From Candidatus Hermodarchaeum yapensis (GTDB lineage: Archaea; Asgardarchaeota; Hermodarchaeia; Hermodarchaeales; Hermodarchaeaceae): DNA of 61,831 bases. The stretch lies in the NCBI GenBank assembly GCA_016840405.1, contig JAEOSK010000015.1, forward strand, positions 1-61,831. The letters run 5' to 3'. Positions 8,971 through 18,620 of the stretch are shown here, in pieces. The notes below the pieces were generated by a model, which saw only the letters and a program-made list of their open reading frames with translations, did not search any database and had not been told where the DNA came from. The position numbers were made by a program, and so were the translations under genes. Each line of letters begins with the position of its first letter. Position 1 is the stretch's first letter.

Positions 8971-9750
8971 ATGTCAGCGGGATCTGAATATGCTAAGGGA
9001 CTTATTCTAATTAATGGTCGGGCATACCCGGCGAATGAGGTCTTACAAGCATTGGAACGACAAGCTATGACCTCAGTACGAGCAGTTAACGATGAGCTTT
9101 GGATTGGCAAACAGCGAGTCCACCCACTCGCAAAGATTACACCAGAACAGGCAATGAAGCTGACCTGTTTTGGAAGTTTAGCCTATTGTTGTGATTTGAA
9201 CCGTGAATGCCATCTCCGCGATGAGGCAATTCGTTTACTGGGAATATCTAAGGAAGAATTCAGAGCAATCCAGCTCGAATGTCATCAACAATTCCTACGC
9301 TACGGGGAACGTCGTTGGCCTCAGGAGCAAATGAGGTCGACTAGTTCTGAGGTCTCACACTCTCCATCATTTTCAAGAAGCGCATCTCAATCAGATCAGT
9401 ATGAGGCGTGGCGTGAGCCCGCAGCTTCAGGGCGTTACGATACTAGTCGAAGCACATCCCAGGCTTCTCGGTCGGGAGCAAGCAGCACGGTGGATCTTGG
9501 TGGACTTTTTGGGACTCCGGAGGAGTATAAGTCACGTTCGTTTACAGAACCCGACCCCTTTTCGAGTTCGTCTTCAAGGTTAGGAAGTGAATCAAGGGGC
9601 TTTTCTTCTGGGGAATGGAGCTCTTCAGGTTCAACAATAGCCGCCTCACCCTCGTCGCATTCATCAACACAAGGGTTCTGTATCTACTGTGGACAGGATT
9701 TACAAGAGGATAGTGAATTCTGTAGTCGTTGTGGACGCAACCAAAAGTAA
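8971..9750 (+). CDS. Hypothetical protein: Cys-cluster domain resembling methanogenesis marker 9, Ser-rich disordered linker, C-terminal zinc ribbon
   Basis: TCFGSLAYCC-x5-C-x-LRD..LGISKEEF; long S/G-rich low-complexity region; FCIYCG..FCSRCG. Confidence 0.65.
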   Translation: MSAGSEYAKGLILINGRAYPANEVLQALERQAMTSVRAVNDELWIGKQRVHPLAKITPEQAMKLTCFGSLAYCCDLNRECHLRDEAIRLLGISKEEFRAIQLECHQQFLRYGERRWPQEQMRSTSSEVSHSPSFSRSASQSDQYEAWREPAASGRYDTSRSTSQASRSGASSTVDLGGLFGTPEEYKSRSFTEPDPFSSSSSRLGSESRGFSSGEWSSSGSTIAASPSSHSSTQGFCIYCGQDLQEDSEFCSRCGRNQK

Positions 9751-9808
9751 GTGGTACTGACACATTTGATGGAAATCAACAACCACATCAATTTTGATTA
9801 TACAACAT

Positions 9809-10486
9809 CTAACCCTTTTTGGCGAGTTTGCGTAAGGTTTCGATTTGCTTGGTAAGCTTCTGAAGAGCTTGTTTCCAACCTTCAATTTTTTCTTGATCAG
9901 CTTCGGTTTTATCCCCACTCGACGCTTCAAAATCAGCAATCCGTCGTTCAAATTCCAAGGCCCTACTACTTAGGCCCGCAATCCGAGCATGAACTTCAGG
10001 TGTGGGTGAAACGATCTCCAAAAGCGTTTTAACAGTAACCCGAATTTCCTCAACCACTGCCGCTAATTGTGTGATAGTCTGCTGAGTTGAGTAGAGACTT
10101 TCACTTACTAAAGTACTCGATTCTTCCGTGGGTCCTTTATGACGAATCAGGAAGAGACGAACTTTGGAAAGAATGTCGAAATAAAGTTGAACAAGTTCTT
10201 CTTCGTCTCGGAACCAGGCACTAAGGGGATTCCACTTGGAAACCATTTTGTAAAGAGTTTCCATTTCTTGACCTAGTTCTTGAGCCTCAGGTGTATCCTG
10301 AGCTTGTATGAAGGCTTTAAGTTGGGGGAGCAGTGATATGATTTCAGCCTTTGCTTTAACCTCTTGGGGTGTAGCAATATCAGAGCCCATGAGCTGTCGA
10401 TAGAGCTCTTCAAGCCGTTGAATGCGTTCTGTTTCATTCAACTTTGTTTCAAATCCCCAATTGTTTTTTTGAGCTGAACATATCAA
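9809..10486 (-). CDS. Hypothetical helical/coiled-coil protein
   Basis: 225-aa ORF with heptad-rich halves, co-oriented 9 bp after the upstream gene; true start may be TTG at 10441. Confidence 0.7.
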   Translation of the reverse strand: MICSAQKNNWGFETKLNETERIQRLEELYRQLMGSDIATPQEVKAKAEIISLLPQLKAFIQAQDTPEAQELGQEMETLYKMVSKWNPLSAWFRDEEELVQLYFDILSKVRLFLIRHKGPTEESSTLVSESLYSTQQTITQLAAVVEEIRVTVKTLLEIVSPTPEVHARIAGLSSRALEFERRIADFEASSGDKTEADQEKIEGWKQALQKLTKQIETLRKLAKKG

Positions 10487-10495
10487 ATTTATTAT

Positions 10496-11515
10496 TTAGG
10501 TTCCTAGCCCCAACCGAATTTCACGAATGGATTGGTACCGATTTGGATACCCGAGCATCGTGTAAATTTCTGTGATTTTAACAGCCTCTGCAAGGGCTCT
10601 CGCAAGATTATATTCACTTTCATCTTCGAGAATCCAGTGATTCATTGTGAAATCAATACCTAGCTTCTTTAGAGAGCCAATAAAGGAAAGATTCTCGATG
10701 AAATCTGTGAAATCCTTTGACCCAATATCAGGTAGGATGGGTGTCCAAGGATAAACTTCAATTGCTAAGCTTTTGTCCATCTTCGCAAGAGCATCAAGAT
10801 CTAGGCCTTGATTTGTCCGAGTGCCTGCTACATATCCACTTTCAGAATCGATGGGGTATGTGGGAAAGACTTTGAGAGAGGGCTTCACTTCTTTAGCCGC
10901 TGTTATGAGTTGTTGAATGATGGCAGTCATTTTAGCAACACGCCACTCAATCCATTGATTGTACAAGGCAGGATTTGCTGCAGGATCAGCAATTTGGAAG
11001 GTGTGACGGAGGTCAGCATATTTGGTAAATTCTTCCCGACAATCTGTACAATAACAATATTGTGCATGCGGATAGCCAAGATTACCCAAAATCAGAGCCT
11101 GTATTGGTGTTTCAGCGACCTCTTTCACAACCGTTATCATGTGTTCAATAAACGCAGGTTTATTCGGACAAACCATGCTTTCGATGGATTGCCCTTCGGC
11201 TGTGTAAGTTTTGAATGCCGGATCTGCAGCAAAGAACGCATCAGCAAAGACATTGACAAACGCACCAGAACGAATGCCAACTGCATCAGTTGTATCAAGA
11301 GCCTCACTGAAAAACGTGGGGTATTCTTCATCAGCGGGCGCAACCTTGCTAGAGTAAAATACGCGTCCCGAAACATCCTTCGCGACGGCAATAACGTATT
11401 CCAAGTATCCGCCATAATTGGCAAAGAAGTCATCTAAACTGGTAGTAAGATTCCGAGGATCCACGATGAGCGTGACTCCCCGTGTGAGTAGGTCCCGTAT
11501 CTCCACAATTTCCAC
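10496..11515 (-). CDS. Putative glycoside-hydrolase-like TIM-barrel protein with Zn motif
   Basis: VCPN, CYCTDCREEF, WIEWR pattern typical of GH42/GHL-like barrels. Confidence 0.6.
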   Translation of the reverse strand: MEIVEIRDLLTRGVTLIVDPRNLTTSLDDFFANYGGYLEYVIAVAKDVSGRVFYSSKVAPADEEYPTFFSEALDTTDAVGIRSGAFVNVFADAFFAADPAFKTYTAEGQSIESMVCPNKPAFIEHMITVVKEVAETPIQALILGNLGYPHAQYCYCTDCREEFTKYADLRHTFQIADPAANPALYNQWIEWRVAKMTAIIQQLITAAKEVKPSLKVFPTYPIDSESGYVAGTRTNQGLDLDALAKMDKSLAIEVYPWTPILPDIGSKDFTDFIENLSFIGSLKKLGIDFTMNHWILEDESEYNLARALAEAVKITEIYTMLGYPNRYQSIREIRLGLGT

Positions 11516-11569
11516 CTACTAGAGTAACTGTACACACTGTGATAAAAGAAGGAATAAACTTGTCGCCAG

Positions 11570-14500
11570 CTAACCGAAAAACGTGTCTAATCTACGCATT
11601 CCTATTGTATCTAACCATTCAATTCCTAACGCATCCAACACCTGCTCAAAGGTACTTTTAACGAGATCCTTGTACTTTGCGATATCAATATCCTGTGCCG
11701 TGGCTTGTTCAACAGGTTTTACGCCACCGGTCGTTTTAACATATGCAATAATATCTCCTGCGACAACTTCCTTACCTGCCTTTTGAAGCTGACGAGCCGC
11801 TTTCACATGTTGCGGTGTTGTCTTGACATACGCATTCAAGTTCTTCGTTATTTGCACGCGAATTGCCAAATCTTCCACCTGAAATTCCCGACGCTCCAAC
11901 ATCGTAAGTTTCTCTCGGGCAAGTTTGAGAATCCGGTTTTTCGCAGTCGTGAAATCATCAGGGTTACGAACCTGGCGAAGAATATTAATCATCTGCATAA
12001 ACGCCACTTGGAGAAAAGCGGGAGTATTGCGTTTCTTTCCTGTCAGTCCTTTGATGTCCACCTGCCCGTCTTTCGAAACCCCAAGGTAGTTCTTCTTGCG
12101 ACTGGATAAAGCAACATATCGATACTCTTTTTCAACATCTAATTCAACACGAAGTTCCTTCTCGCTAAAATCAATTAGTTGTTGTAATTGTTCTTTGGTC
12201 GGATTATCCAAAAATAGACTATCCGTATCACCATACAACACGGTTACGCCAATTTCCTTTGCTTTATCAATTGTCTGCGTAATCGCAAACCGGCCGACCG
12301 CTGTTATACTCTCAGCAGCAGGAGCACAGTAGAGAGGGAAATGTGAAGCCCCAAGCACACCATAGCTATTATGTGTTACAATGCCATTTGTTGTAACAAA
12401 CCACCCATTTCCTGTTTCTATATCAAATACAGGTTGAGGATTTGGTTCAGTAGTAATAGATTTAACACGAGCAAGATTGGTGCCGTTATATTCTATTATT
12501 CCGCGGTATTTTCGTCGATATTGTCGTCCATCAGTTTCGACAATACGGGTGATAATTGGATTAATATGAACGGAAGAGAATCTCCCAATTCCGCTTAGGA
12601 GAGTAAGAAGATCCCGAACTAACTGGGAGCTGATAGTGCTGTATCGACGTTTTCCTCTCCGATTAAAAATACCATCGCCCTTGAAGTAACTTTCAATTAA
12701 TGATAAGGCACGATCTTTGTTTAATAAATGGAGAGGGATGCGTTTATTACTAGCATGCGTTCCACAAAGAGCACCCATCATGGCGGCTAGAACATTAGAG
12801 CGGATAGTAATTGATTTGCCTCCATAGCTAGCAAAGGGCCAGGACAACCGTTCTAAGAGATGAATGATTTCTTGATAGTTTTCCGGATTTTTTCTCTTAG
12901 ACTGTGTAATTACAATGCGATTTTTCTGGCCGTTTCCCTCAGCTATATACCAACCCATAAGTTCGAAGAATTCAGAACTAAGTGGGATGGAAATATTCTG
13001 CCAAAAGCCAGGATCTCGCGTTTTTCGAGAAATTTTAATGAGTAGATCAGCTTTTGCCCTTCGAATAATGTCCTTTTCTTTGTGAGAAAGTTCCTCCCAT
13101 TTTAGTCTGTACATTTCTTGAGCTTTGTTATATTGAGATTTCTGATTAAATAGTTGGATAAGCGGATGCTTGGTAGTTTGTGATGTTCTATAGGAAAATC
13201 GCTTGTAAGTGGTACGTCTCATTCCGATGAGTAATGGGTTAGAGCTGATCAAATCTGGAATGAAAATACGTTTGGGAGGTGATGAGGATAGAGGGATTCG
13301 ATTGCAGAGGAGGAGTTCATCTCCTATATTTAATTCATCAGCTGGAACCTCTGAAATACTAAATTCCCTACCATACCGTCTTCCTTTATGAGTTGAAAAA
13401 ACAGGAACAACATGGTTGGAAGTACATCTTAATTCTCTACCATCAGCTAATTTTATTTTCAAAATTTTATTGGTTCCAGTTTCTGCCAATCCAAGAATAG
13501 GAACAAAAAATGGAGTACCAAAACTTCCATTATTTGAATCACTATTTACAGACAGTATTTCATAGTTTGACCAATCATTTTGAAGAGAACTGATTTTCCT
13601 TTTTAATATTTGACCCTCTGAATTTCTAACAAAAACCTCTTCGTCATAGGGTAAACAGGCATTGAGGAATACTTTGAGGGCTTGTTCGACGACGCTGAAC
13701 CAGTTGCGTTGGGAGGGAGATATGGTTTTGTCGTTGGCGCGGGGTTTGAAGTGTTCGACGCGGACATCGCGGATGAGTCCGATGAGTTGGCTGGTGATAC
13801 CCTCTCGTCTAGTACATACCCAATGGGGGGTTTCGGGGACGAGGTTGTTTTTGCATTCTGGGTGATCGCATCGAACGGTTTCGTAACTAAGGTTGTAAGC
13901 CTTCATGATACTTGGATAGAGGCTGTTTCCTGTCACTGATGGTTTTCCATTTCTACGAGCGATTATCGTTCCATTAGGGACAGAAACACACCATACGAGT
14001 CCTCGATAAGGGAGTTTATTTATCCGTGGATGTTGTTTGCTGAAAACATTAATCCGGTTGTAACTAACAAAAGCCCGGTAGCTGGTATGATTCTCGTAAA
14101 ATTTTCCATCAATTTTACAGTTTCGGATTTCTTGGGAAACCTGACAACCATACCCAAGTTTAAGAACCAGTTCTTGAAAATCATCAACAAGTTTTTTCAC
14201 AGTTGAGGTGAAGGAATAGCATTTCCCGTTATTCCAACTTCCATCTCCTAGAATCATGCTTTCAAAAAGCAACATTAGATATTTTTTCTCAAGATTAAGG
14301 ATAGAACGAGGAATTCCCTTTTGATTTTCACCTAGTTCGGCGGTTAACCATTTTCGAAGTTCATTAGTAAATTTCAAGTTATTTATGGCAAAAGTGTGGT
14401 ATTTCCGACCTTGACCACTCTCATATTCATGTTCGTAGAATTTCAATCCAAGAAGGGTTAGAGCTTTTCGAATTTGTTGAAAGTTTCGTTTCTTCGATTG

Positions 14501-16570
14501 ATAAATATGAACACTACGTTCTCTGATTGATCCGTCGGTAATTAGCCACCCGAAGAATGGTAGAAATTGTTCAGGTGAATATGTGAAGTCTCCAAACGTT
14601 ATAGGTTGGGAAATTCCGTTCCAAATACCAAAATGAGGAATTCTAAACCAATAACGGTCATAGAGGGTTTGTGCTTCTTCAAATTCGAAACTTTCTCTCC
14701 AACTCATAGAACTCCTTTGATTGTCCCTTCTATGATATACCATTCTATGATTGGGAGTAACTAGTAAGTCAATACCTTTAGTTGAAAAATGGTACATATT
14801 TCCTTCATAGTGATATTCATGTAGTTTATCAAGTGATTGGTATTCAACCTCGTTAGATATGGGGTTGACAGTAGCAATGGTTAATGGAATTTCTTGATTC
14901 AGCAAGGATTTGATTGAATTGAGGGAGTGCCAGCCATAGTTGGTTAGAATTTCGGAATCATCTGATACACAAGCGAAGTCCATGACCATGACGTTGAAGT
15001 GAACGCCTTCTTTGGGTTCGACGACGATGGCACCCATGTATTTTTTGCCTTTTATGATGGCTTCAGTGACGGCTTCACCCTTGAAGGCGGAGATTTCATC
15101 TTGGCGGGGGATCAGGTAGTTGTTTTGTCGATGTGCATAGTACAGGAGACTTCGAATCCAATTGGAAACTGCTGTTCGAGTGAAATCATGCAAGCCTTGA
15201 TGAGAAAGCCGCATAAGCAGAAGAATCAGGTTCATGACTAAGTCGTTGTCGAATTGAGAAAGGCGCATAGTGAGATGGGAGTCCTGCCAGTTGTATTCCG
15301 CCAGAAGATGAGCAGGTATTTTGCTTATCTGGTCTGGTAGCTGAAGTTTGCCTTCACCGAGAAGGGCTTGACTGAGATTTTCTAATCGAACTTCCTGGTA
15401 TCGATTGCGAAACGCGTATATCTGGATAGACCGGTTGTGGAAGAACCGATACAGATCGATATGGACGCCGTATTCTAGGCTAGCTTCAGGGTTTCCACGA
15501 AAGCCGCCTCGCATTCGAATGGGAACATCCGAGGCAGGGATATCTAGTTTCTTTGCTCGATTGACAAGATACCGTAAATCAAAGTTATCGCCATTAAAGG
15601 TTATCAAAAGCGGTGTTCGCCAGATAACTCGAAAAACAGTTTCAAGGAGAATCCGTTCTTCATCTAAGAATTCGATTTTAACCGTTTTGGGGAGTTTTAA
15701 TTCACTGAGGTCGTCTGCATTCCGACGCAGCATATAGACCCGTCCAGTTCCAGTGTCGTCGACGATTGACACCGAAATAACGGGTTGAGGAGCGGTTTCA
15801 GGGTCGGGAATACGGTCTATGAATTCAGATTCCACTTCAATGTCCAAGGCGAGGCGGGGCAGATAGGTTGCCTGGGTAAGGAAGAGGGGGAGATATTCTT
15901 CGATGAGTTTTGACAGCTCCTTGTCCTTCGCGAACAGTTCCCGAATTTTTGTTGCATCTTCGGTAGAGAATTCCTGTGGAACTGGAACTAACCCTTTGTC
16001 CTGGACGCGGTAAAGGAGACCGGGTGTAAGATTTCGGTCCATCGTATAACACTGGGTATAACGGATGTCTGCTTCCCAACTATGATCCCGCCCTAACTTT
16101 TCTCGAATAGAGTCGTGTCGACCACCGATGGCCAGGGGGTCTTTGGCCACAATCACCGTATATTGTTGCTCTTTATCTAACAGCAGGTTATATTTTGTAC
16201 TCTCTTCAAGTTTTAAGAACCCTGAGTGACCAACGACAGCGTTGTGCTGTGAAACATCTTCTCGTGTTAAATCAGTCAAACAGTAAGGATGGTGCCCAGT
16301 GTTATCCAACCATTCATAGATTTCGCCTTTTACCGTATCGTAGATTTTTATTTTGGCTAAGCCTACATCGCCTTGATAGTCGATGTTTACCAAGACACCC
16401 GGAGGTCCAGACTCAGGAACTTTTGGATAGTCTGATGGGCGAATAGGCTTATCCTTACTTTCTATGAGGATTTGTGTTAGTAAGGAGAACATTTCTTGCT
16501 TTTTTGGACTAGAACTAGCACGGGAATTTGCTTTTGAAGATTTCATCCAGTCCGAGAGATTTGATGGCAC
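11570..16570 (-). CDS. polB1: DNA polymerase B1 precursor with two inteins (mature ~887 aa)
   Basis: DNTGHHPY, KDPLAI, WEADIRY (B1 signatures), exonuclease DIE and TFNGDNFD, DFA|SLYPS, KVFLNA|SYG, YGDTDS, KKNY, C-terminal PIP-like LDTFF. Confidence 0.95.
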   Translation of the reverse strand: MPSNLSDWMKSSKANSRASSSPKKQEMFSLLTQILIESKDKPIRPSDYPKVPESGPPGVLVNIDYQGDVGLAKIKIYDTVKGEIYEWLDNTGHHPYCLTDLTREDVSQHNAVVGHSGFLKLEESTKYNLLLDKEQQYTVIVAKDPLAIGGRHDSIREKLGRDHSWEADIRYTQCYTMDRNLTPGLLYRVQDKGLVPVPQEFSTEDATKIRELFAKDKELSKLIEEYLPLFLTQATYLPRLALDIEVESEFIDRIPDPETAPQPVISVSIVDDTGTGRVYMLRRNADDLSELKLPKTVKIEFLDEERILLETVFRVIWRTPLLITFNGDNFDLRYLVNRAKKLDIPASDVPIRMRGGFRGNPEASLEYGVHIDLYRFFHNRSIQIYAFRNRYQEVRLENLSQALLGEGKLQLPDQISKIPAHLLAEYNWQDSHLTMRLSQFDNDLVMNLILLLMRLSHQGLHDFTRTAVSNWIRSLLYYAHRQNNYLIPRQDEISAFKGEAVTEAIIKGKKYMGAIVVEPKEGVHFNVMVMDFACVSDDSEILTNYGWHSLNSIKSLLNQEIPLTIATVNPISNEVEYQSLDKLHEYHYEGNMYHFSTKGIDLLVTPNHRMVYHRRDNQRSSMSWRESFEFEEAQTLYDRYWFRIPHFGIWNGISQPITFGDFTYSPEQFLPFFGWLITDGSIRERSVHIYQSKKRNFQQIRKALTLLGLKFYEHEYESGQGRKYHTFAINNLKFTNELRKWLTAELGENQKGIPRSILNLEKKYLMLLFESMILGDGSWNNGKCYSFTSTVKKLVDDFQELVLKLGYGCQVSQEIRNCKIDGKFYENHTSYRAFVSYNRINVFSKQHPRINKLPYRGLVWCVSVPNGTIIARRNGKPSVTGNSLYPSIMKAYNLSYETVRCDHPECKNNLVPETPHWVCTRREGITSQLIGLIRDVRVEHFKPRANDKTISPSQRNWFSVVEQALKVFLNACLPYDEEVFVRNSEGQILKRKISSLQNDWSNYEILSVNSDSNNGSFGTPFFVPILGLAETGTNKILKIKLADGRELRCTSNHVVPVFSTHKGRRYGREFSISEVPADELNIGDELLLCNRIPLSSSPPKRIFIPDLISSNPLLIGMRRTTYKRFSYRTSQTTKHPLIQLFNQKSQYNKAQEMYRLKWEELSHKEKDIIRRAKADLLIKISRKTRDPGFWQNISIPLSSEFFELMGWYIAEGNGQKNRIVITQSKRKNPENYQEIIHLLERLSWPFASYGGKSITIRSNVLAAMMGALCGTHASNKRIPLHLLNKDRALSLIESYFKGDGIFNRRGKRRYSTISSQLVRDLLTLLSGIGRFSSVHINPIITRIVETDGRQYRRKYRGIIEYNGTNLARVKSITTEPNPQPVFDIETGNGWFVTTNGIVTHNSYGVLGASHFPLYCAPAAESITAVGRFAITQTIDKAKEIGVTVLYGDTDSLFLDNPTKEQLQQLIDFSEKELRVELDVEKEYRYVALSSRKKNYLGVSKDGQVDIKGLTGKKRNTPAFLQVAFMQMINILRQVRNPDDFTTAKNRILKLAREKLTMLERREFQVEDLAIRVQITKNLNAYVKTTPQHVKAARQLQKAGKEVVAGDIIAYVKTTGGVKPVEQATAQDIDIAKYKDLVKSTFEQVLDALGIEWLDTIGMRRLDTFFG
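12368..13657 (-). mobile_element. Intein 2 (430 aa) with LAGLIDADG homing endonuclease, in PolB motif B
   Basis: Starts CLPYDEEV after KVFLNA; block B CTSNH; MGWYIAEG and YFKGDG; ends VFDIET..VTHN followed by SYG. Confidence 0.92.
13925..14971 (-). mobile_element. Intein 1 (349 aa) with LAGLIDADG homing endonuclease, in PolB motif A
   Basis: Starts CVSDDSEILT after DFA; block B VTPNHR; FGWLITDGS and MILGDGS; ends VTGN followed by Ser of SLYPS. Confidence 0.92.
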
Positions 16571-16658
16571 GCAATATCACTTCTGAATCGATTAAGGACC
16601 CTCCTACTTTTTAGGATTTAGCCCTCTGATAGATTAGTCACATAATGAGGTATTACAG

Positions 16659-17105
16659 ATGCGTTCGTGTTCTTTTCCGCTTAAAGAAATTGTTGTAGCA
16701 CGATTTGAAGTTGGTGAAGACCTTCTCCTCGGCATCCAGCAGGTTGCTATTCAACATGATGTCAAAGCTGGTATGTTTACGGTGATAGGAGCAGTAGATC
16801 AAGCCCATTATGGGTTCTATGATCCTAGAAAGAAATCATATACTACCCTTAAATGGAAACCCAATACGGACTCCTCGCCAGCATTAGAAATCCTTAGCTG
16901 TGTAGGTAATATTGCACGATTGGATGAGGAGGTAGTTGTACATGCCCACATAACATTGTCAGGCGAGAAGGGTGAAATAATGGGTGGACATTTACTCGAA
17001 GGGTGTCGCGTCAACCCCACGGCCGAACTCACTTTGCTCATCGGAGAAGGAGTACTGACACGAAAAAGGAACGAGTCTCTTAACCTCGCCCTTCTTTCGA
17101 TTTAA
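16659..17105 (+). CDS. PPC/DUF296 domain protein
   Basis: RFEVGEDLL, IGAV, EILSCVGNI, HAHI, GGHL, TAE. Confidence 0.88.
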   Translation: MRSCSFPLKEIVVARFEVGEDLLLGIQQVAIQHDVKAGMFTVIGAVDQAHYGFYDPRKKSYTTLKWKPNTDSSPALEILSCVGNIARLDEEVVVHAHITLSGEKGEIMGGHLLEGCRVNPTAELTLLIGEGVLTRKRNESLNLALLSI

Positions 17106-17144
17106 CCATCAATCAATCAACTTCAGAAGGCTTCACGAAAGACA

Positions 17145-18520
17145 GTGAACTGCCCCTACATGAGTGCAAGGGCTTCCATCGAGTCCACTCCCAAGGGAAC
17201 TTTGGGGAGGGCTGTGTGTCGATGCAAGCCATTCCAAAATGTTTGTAATGGCTCCCCGTTCACAGGGGATTGCTGCAATAGGAACCGCACCATCAGGTTA
17301 ACCGCGGCATTCTGGTCTCGGTCAAATGAGGTTCCACAATCGCATTGAATAACTCGCTCCGATAACAGCCGATTTCTTATCTTGCCGCAAACACAACATC
17401 GCTTAGTAGTTTGCGCCTCGTCAATTCTTATTACTCTTTTACCTACTTTTTTAGCTTTGTAGGTTAAGAATTGGGCGAACCGTCCCAAGAATCCAGTATT
17501 TTGTAGTGAATGGTGTAATGTTCGAGTGGCCGCATCCTGTCGCTGACATCCTGAAGCTGACTTTTTCTGCGCCATACTTTTCACCGCCAAATCACCGATG
17601 ATGATAGTGCGGGCTCGTGTATTCATCACGACAACCTTAGAAATCTTATGCTGGAAATCTCGCAGCTGGTTGACAAGTTTATGTCGCATCTTCACCCATT
17701 TACGCTGATAAGACCACCATCGATTACTGTACTTCTTACAATGATCTCGCCGAGATTGAAGCTCCCGTAGTTTGTCTTTCCAGTATCGGCCTGGTCGGTG
17801 ATTGGGAATTTGAACAAACCTTCCCTTCAGGTTCACGGCTGTTATCAGATTAATTACTCCCAAGCCTATGGCTTGATACTGACCATTATCCTCAAATGGA
17901 GGGACTGATACCTCGCAGGTGATGGCGACAAACCAACTATTTCGTCGATTCTGAAAGAGTTCAACCTGCTTGATCCGGTCGTTGAGTGGCGGCAACCATG
18001 ATAATGCAAACTCTAGTACAACGCCAGAGGGGTGTCGGTGAGCAAAGCGAATCCGTTGGTTCTTTAAATCCAGAGAGAATCCGGATTGATTGAAGCAAAG
18101 AGTGGTGAAGTAGCGATTGCCTTTAAAACGTGGAGATCGAGCTTTAGTGTCACCATTGCGTCAGCGGGCAAAGAATGATTTGAAATCAGCATCAAGGCGA
18201 CGCAACGTCATTTGAAGTACTTTGGAGTAGACCTAAGCATATTCTGGATATTGGACTTTGAGGGCTGGGAGGGAGTTTTGTTGCTGCACATAGGTGATGT
18301 GGATGCGCTCTACAGGTGGCTTTTCGCGATTTATTGTCCACTGATGGAGCCTTTCAGCAAGGGCAAAGTTATAAAGAAGGCGACATTTTTCAGCGAGAAT
18401 CCAAAGAATTTGGGCTTGAGCTTTTGTAGGAGCGATAGAGATTTTGTATGTCAATAGCATCTGAGTCATACTGAGATGCGGAAAGTCATGATGGTTTTTC
18501 TATTTAGGGGAGGGGAATAG
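17145..18520 (-). mobile_element. Solo tnpB element (IS200/IS605 family, IS1341-like) copy 1
   Basis: Left boundary GTTAT|CTA; right end GCCCTTGC-N6-GTAGGGGC-AGTTCAC hairpin; no tnpA. Confidence 0.75.
17156..18469 (-). pseudogene. tnpB: tnpB pseudogene (two in-frame stops, RuvC-I Asp to Gly)
   Basis: LLTYKI..CRLLYNFAL start, stops at EYA*VYSK and FAR*RNG in one frame, AIGLG instead of AIDLG, CCVCG/CDCG Zn finger, DRDQNAA. Confidence 0.88.
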
Positions 18521-18620
18521 ATAACTGTAGATTCATTATCAATGAGATAGAAGGAAACTTCTCGACAGATAATTTAAATCATCGAAAGAGTATCTAATTT
18601 GTGCAAGGTGTGATGGAACT

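Noticed and set aside
9330-9670. Ser-rich stretch as a DNA tandem repeat
   Set aside because: Low complexity only at protein level; no nucleotide periodicity
10808-11437. 209-aa plus-strand ORF and the many other 60-140 aa antisense/overlapping ORFs
   Set aside because: Shadow frames of well-supported genes, with no motifs
17156-17995. Copy 1 as a domesticated nuclease-dead TnpB regulator (TldR-like)
   Set aside because: RuvC-I is mutated, but the N-terminal half is broken by two stops, consistent with decay
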